Positions 61,201-64,000 of a stretch of DNA of 64,000 nucleotides are shown in pieces. Numbering within the stretch: position 1 is the first letter of the stretch; each line of letters starts with the position of its first letter. The notes beneath the pieces were generated by a model. The model was not told the origin of the DNA. It saw nothing but the letters and a program-made list of their open reading frames with translations, and made no database searches. Source of the stretch: Acanthaster planci (Eukaryota). The DNA is taken from NCBI RefSeq assembly GCF_001949145.1, contig NW_019091357.1:1576746-1640745 (forward strand). Reading direction: 5' to 3'. Both the position numbers and the translations under genes were made by a program.

Positions 61201-64000
61201 TCCTATTTTGGCTCTGGAAAACCCCTGTTTTTGTTTGATATTATTGCAGCTCTTGAATTATATTCAGTACTTTGGAGAATACTTCGCTAAGATTCCCTAA
61301 ATGTTTAGTATTGAGCGAATAGTGCCACACTGTCTTGAGCGGCGTACATTACATGAGCCTCTATCACTGCATTCCGGCTGCTGTCTTGTTTGCCCATAAT
61401 GTCGAGTGAATGTTGTGGACATTGCATGTACTCCTGTGCCATATGTTCCCGTTAAATTAGATACTGTGTATTTAACAAAGGTAAGTGTCTGGGGGAATCA
61501 TTTTGTACGTCCATACGTCTCGTGGAGTGCATCCGAACTTAATTGTTCAAATTGGAAAAACAGCATGATCCTCGGCGGTTAAAACGAACCAGTATAAAAA
61601 AAATAATAAACTGACATTGTGAGTGACTCGTTCGGTTATATACCGGCATATGTTTTTAGCTTCATCTCTGAGCAAATATGAAAAGATGACCACGGCGGTC
61701 TTGGTCGAGAGACCAAGCCGATCGCAACGCCAGCCGCCCGTGGTAAGATTTATATGACTAGTCAGTGCCCAAAATGACAGCTCGAGCTAACACAAACGGA
61801 GAATAATATCAACAAATCTCCATGTTCTTCCTCGAAATCTCCTGGAGCGAATCTGCACTGTCAATACATGCCATCCATTACCAGTTTAAAATTGTTACTG
61901 GTTTGGATTTGAAATTACGTGTTTTTTATTTTGAGAAGTTTGCTTTGTTTGTATGAAACTCTTGTCTGAATGTTTCATGGAGAGTCGAACAAGAGACAGT
62001 AATGTTAATTTTGGCTAAAGTATTTTTTTGTAAATTACCCTGACCTCAAACAAAACTCGTCTCCTTATTTTTTTACTAACAAGCCCGCATGCGTGTAAAG
62101 AACGTGTTTCAAACACTCTACAAAATGACACTACAGCCAAAACCGCGACAGTTTTTCGGTTACCGCCAAAAGTGAGAATCAGAAATCCAATTTTTAACTG
62201 CGCTTTACGAGATTAAGTGTGGATGAATGGAAACTGCAATAAAATATGTTAGGTGTAATCCTGGTAACCCATACACGGTATGGCTTGATAATCCGTTTAA
62301 ATGCACAATGCGGCCGTCTGGGAATTAACACACACAGACCAGAAGTTCGTGGTGAGGCCAGAAGTGGAAGTGGTATTTTCAAGGATTATGGGCTCTCTCT
62401 TGTCCTTTGTGAGCATGCCGGGCGGTGCGGAGGCAGCATTCGCACGGCTAATAAAGTTCAATGCTGGATAATCAATCAAAGTGAGGCGCATGAATATTCC
62501 CACAAATTCACTACAAACCATTTTGTATCAATCTGTGAGAACAAGATGTAAGATGTTCCCGATGTGTACGTGTGCGGACACCATCTTTATTGCATCTCTT
62601 CCACGAATGGGGCATTGATTTAAATTCGTTTGATTCATTTCTTGATCTATTATTGATCCATTTCTGTTGGAAATAAACCCCTGAAGTATGCATTTCTTAT
62701 TTATTATCACTGGCAGTGTCCAATTATGAAACAAATGCAATGAAGTAGGCCTAAAAAGAAATAAGCAGTGAAGGATTTACTCGCTACATAGTCTGTTCAT
62801 CATCGTCGTGACCATCGAAAAGTTTCTTTTTGGTTTAAGCTTCAGACATCAAACCTCTAATAAAAAAGCAGTGAGCTTCCATGTGTTAAACGATCAATCA
62901 TTACTTATGATGATACGGTGAGCAAACACGCGACCTCGATGACAGCGCTCTCCTCCGACCGTTGCAACGACTCAGGAGGGAAAAAAACTGCAGCCGGCCA
63001 CGCTCACAGAGACACTAGCAGGTATAGACGCACCCCCACCAGCAACACTTTTCAGACGTCTACCAAACCCTTGACTTAATGTTGATGTGAAAAGGCGACT
63101 CATTTTACACCACAAAAACAAAATGATGGTATAACCATGGAGCTATTAACTACCACCTGGGCAAAAGAATTCACGTGACAAAATATCCAGCTACTGAAGG
63201 TAAATATAATTATAATTTTTTCTAGTTCCACTAGTAAAAATTATCCGAGTCTATTCTGAAACATATGTACAATTGCTTTTATCCAAAGCCCTCAGTTATA
63301 ATGAAATGATAATTACTAATGGGTAGAGATATTTTTTCTTTTCTATGGGCAGACATATTTTATTGTCCCCCCCTCTCCAAAAAGTTTTCAAATCTTGTCC
63401 CAGATATTCATACTAACAGCGTAACACCCTACAAATTAGACCACGCCCCTACCTGAGTGAACATCGTATCACATTATCGCAGAGCGTCAAAGGAGGGCGC
63501 TCTCCACATGTCGATAAACAATACAATGTGGATGTGTTGATGGAGGCATGATCGAGGTAGGTTGGGAAACAAATTTTCAGGACAAAATGGCTTTGTTACG
63601 AATCTAATTCTAAATTCAGGTAAACTTTTGACCTGTACGGGGATAAGTGGCCCCGATCTTGTGCAGAGGGGCAAGTAAGCCGTTGTCTTCGTCCCCGTTC
63701 ACGCGTCACTCACTCACGCGTCTCGTCATGGTCATTACGGGACCGGTTCTGTCACGACGAATCGTGCGTGTATGACGGTAGGACTAGGTCTTACTTAGGC
63801 CTAGTGCTTTTTGGTTGCCGTACATGAATGCAATCGTGATTTAATGCAGTGCTTATGCATCACTATCACTGAATGTCATCGTTTATCAGAGGAACAAGAC
63901 GGATGATACAAGTTGGCCTTCTTTCTAGAGTAGACTCAAATGTCAGTGTCCAAAATATATATTTGTATGGATGCATTTATGATTGGCAAGAGGGGGCCAG

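Overview
Animal genomic DNA, probably a marine invertebrate deuterostome such as a sea star (inferred from gene and repeat content, not proven). Most short ORFs in the supplied track are noise. Supported genes: (1) a complete 10-coding-exon FAM49/CYRI gene on the minus strand (27915..20907, 326 aa, all junctions GT-AG and in phase). (2) Head-to-head with it, across a CpG-rich promoter at about 39 kb, a 3-coding-exon gene (39972..42858, about 641 aa) that is mostly disordered and acidic and ends in a RAD51AP1/RAD51AP2-type RAD51-interacting motif (RLGLSRRQRVSHLH). (3) Two divergent single-exon basic, disordered ORFs of unknown function (274 and 462 aa). (4) An intronless five-Ig-domain type I membrane protein (760 aa) with KIRREL/NEPH-like architecture. 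The first 17 kb has no intact gene. It holds a 5.8S rRNA fragment with an A-rich tail between two inverted tRNA-Thr-like repeats, plus enhancer-like motif clusters. Several SINEs, palindromic MITEs and a 23-bp minisatellite are present. A CpG-poor domain covers the FAM49 and RAD51AP-like genes. The strongest leads are the candidate non-vertebrate RAD51AP2 next to FAM49 and the 5.8S/tRNA-like composite. No database searches or counts were run.
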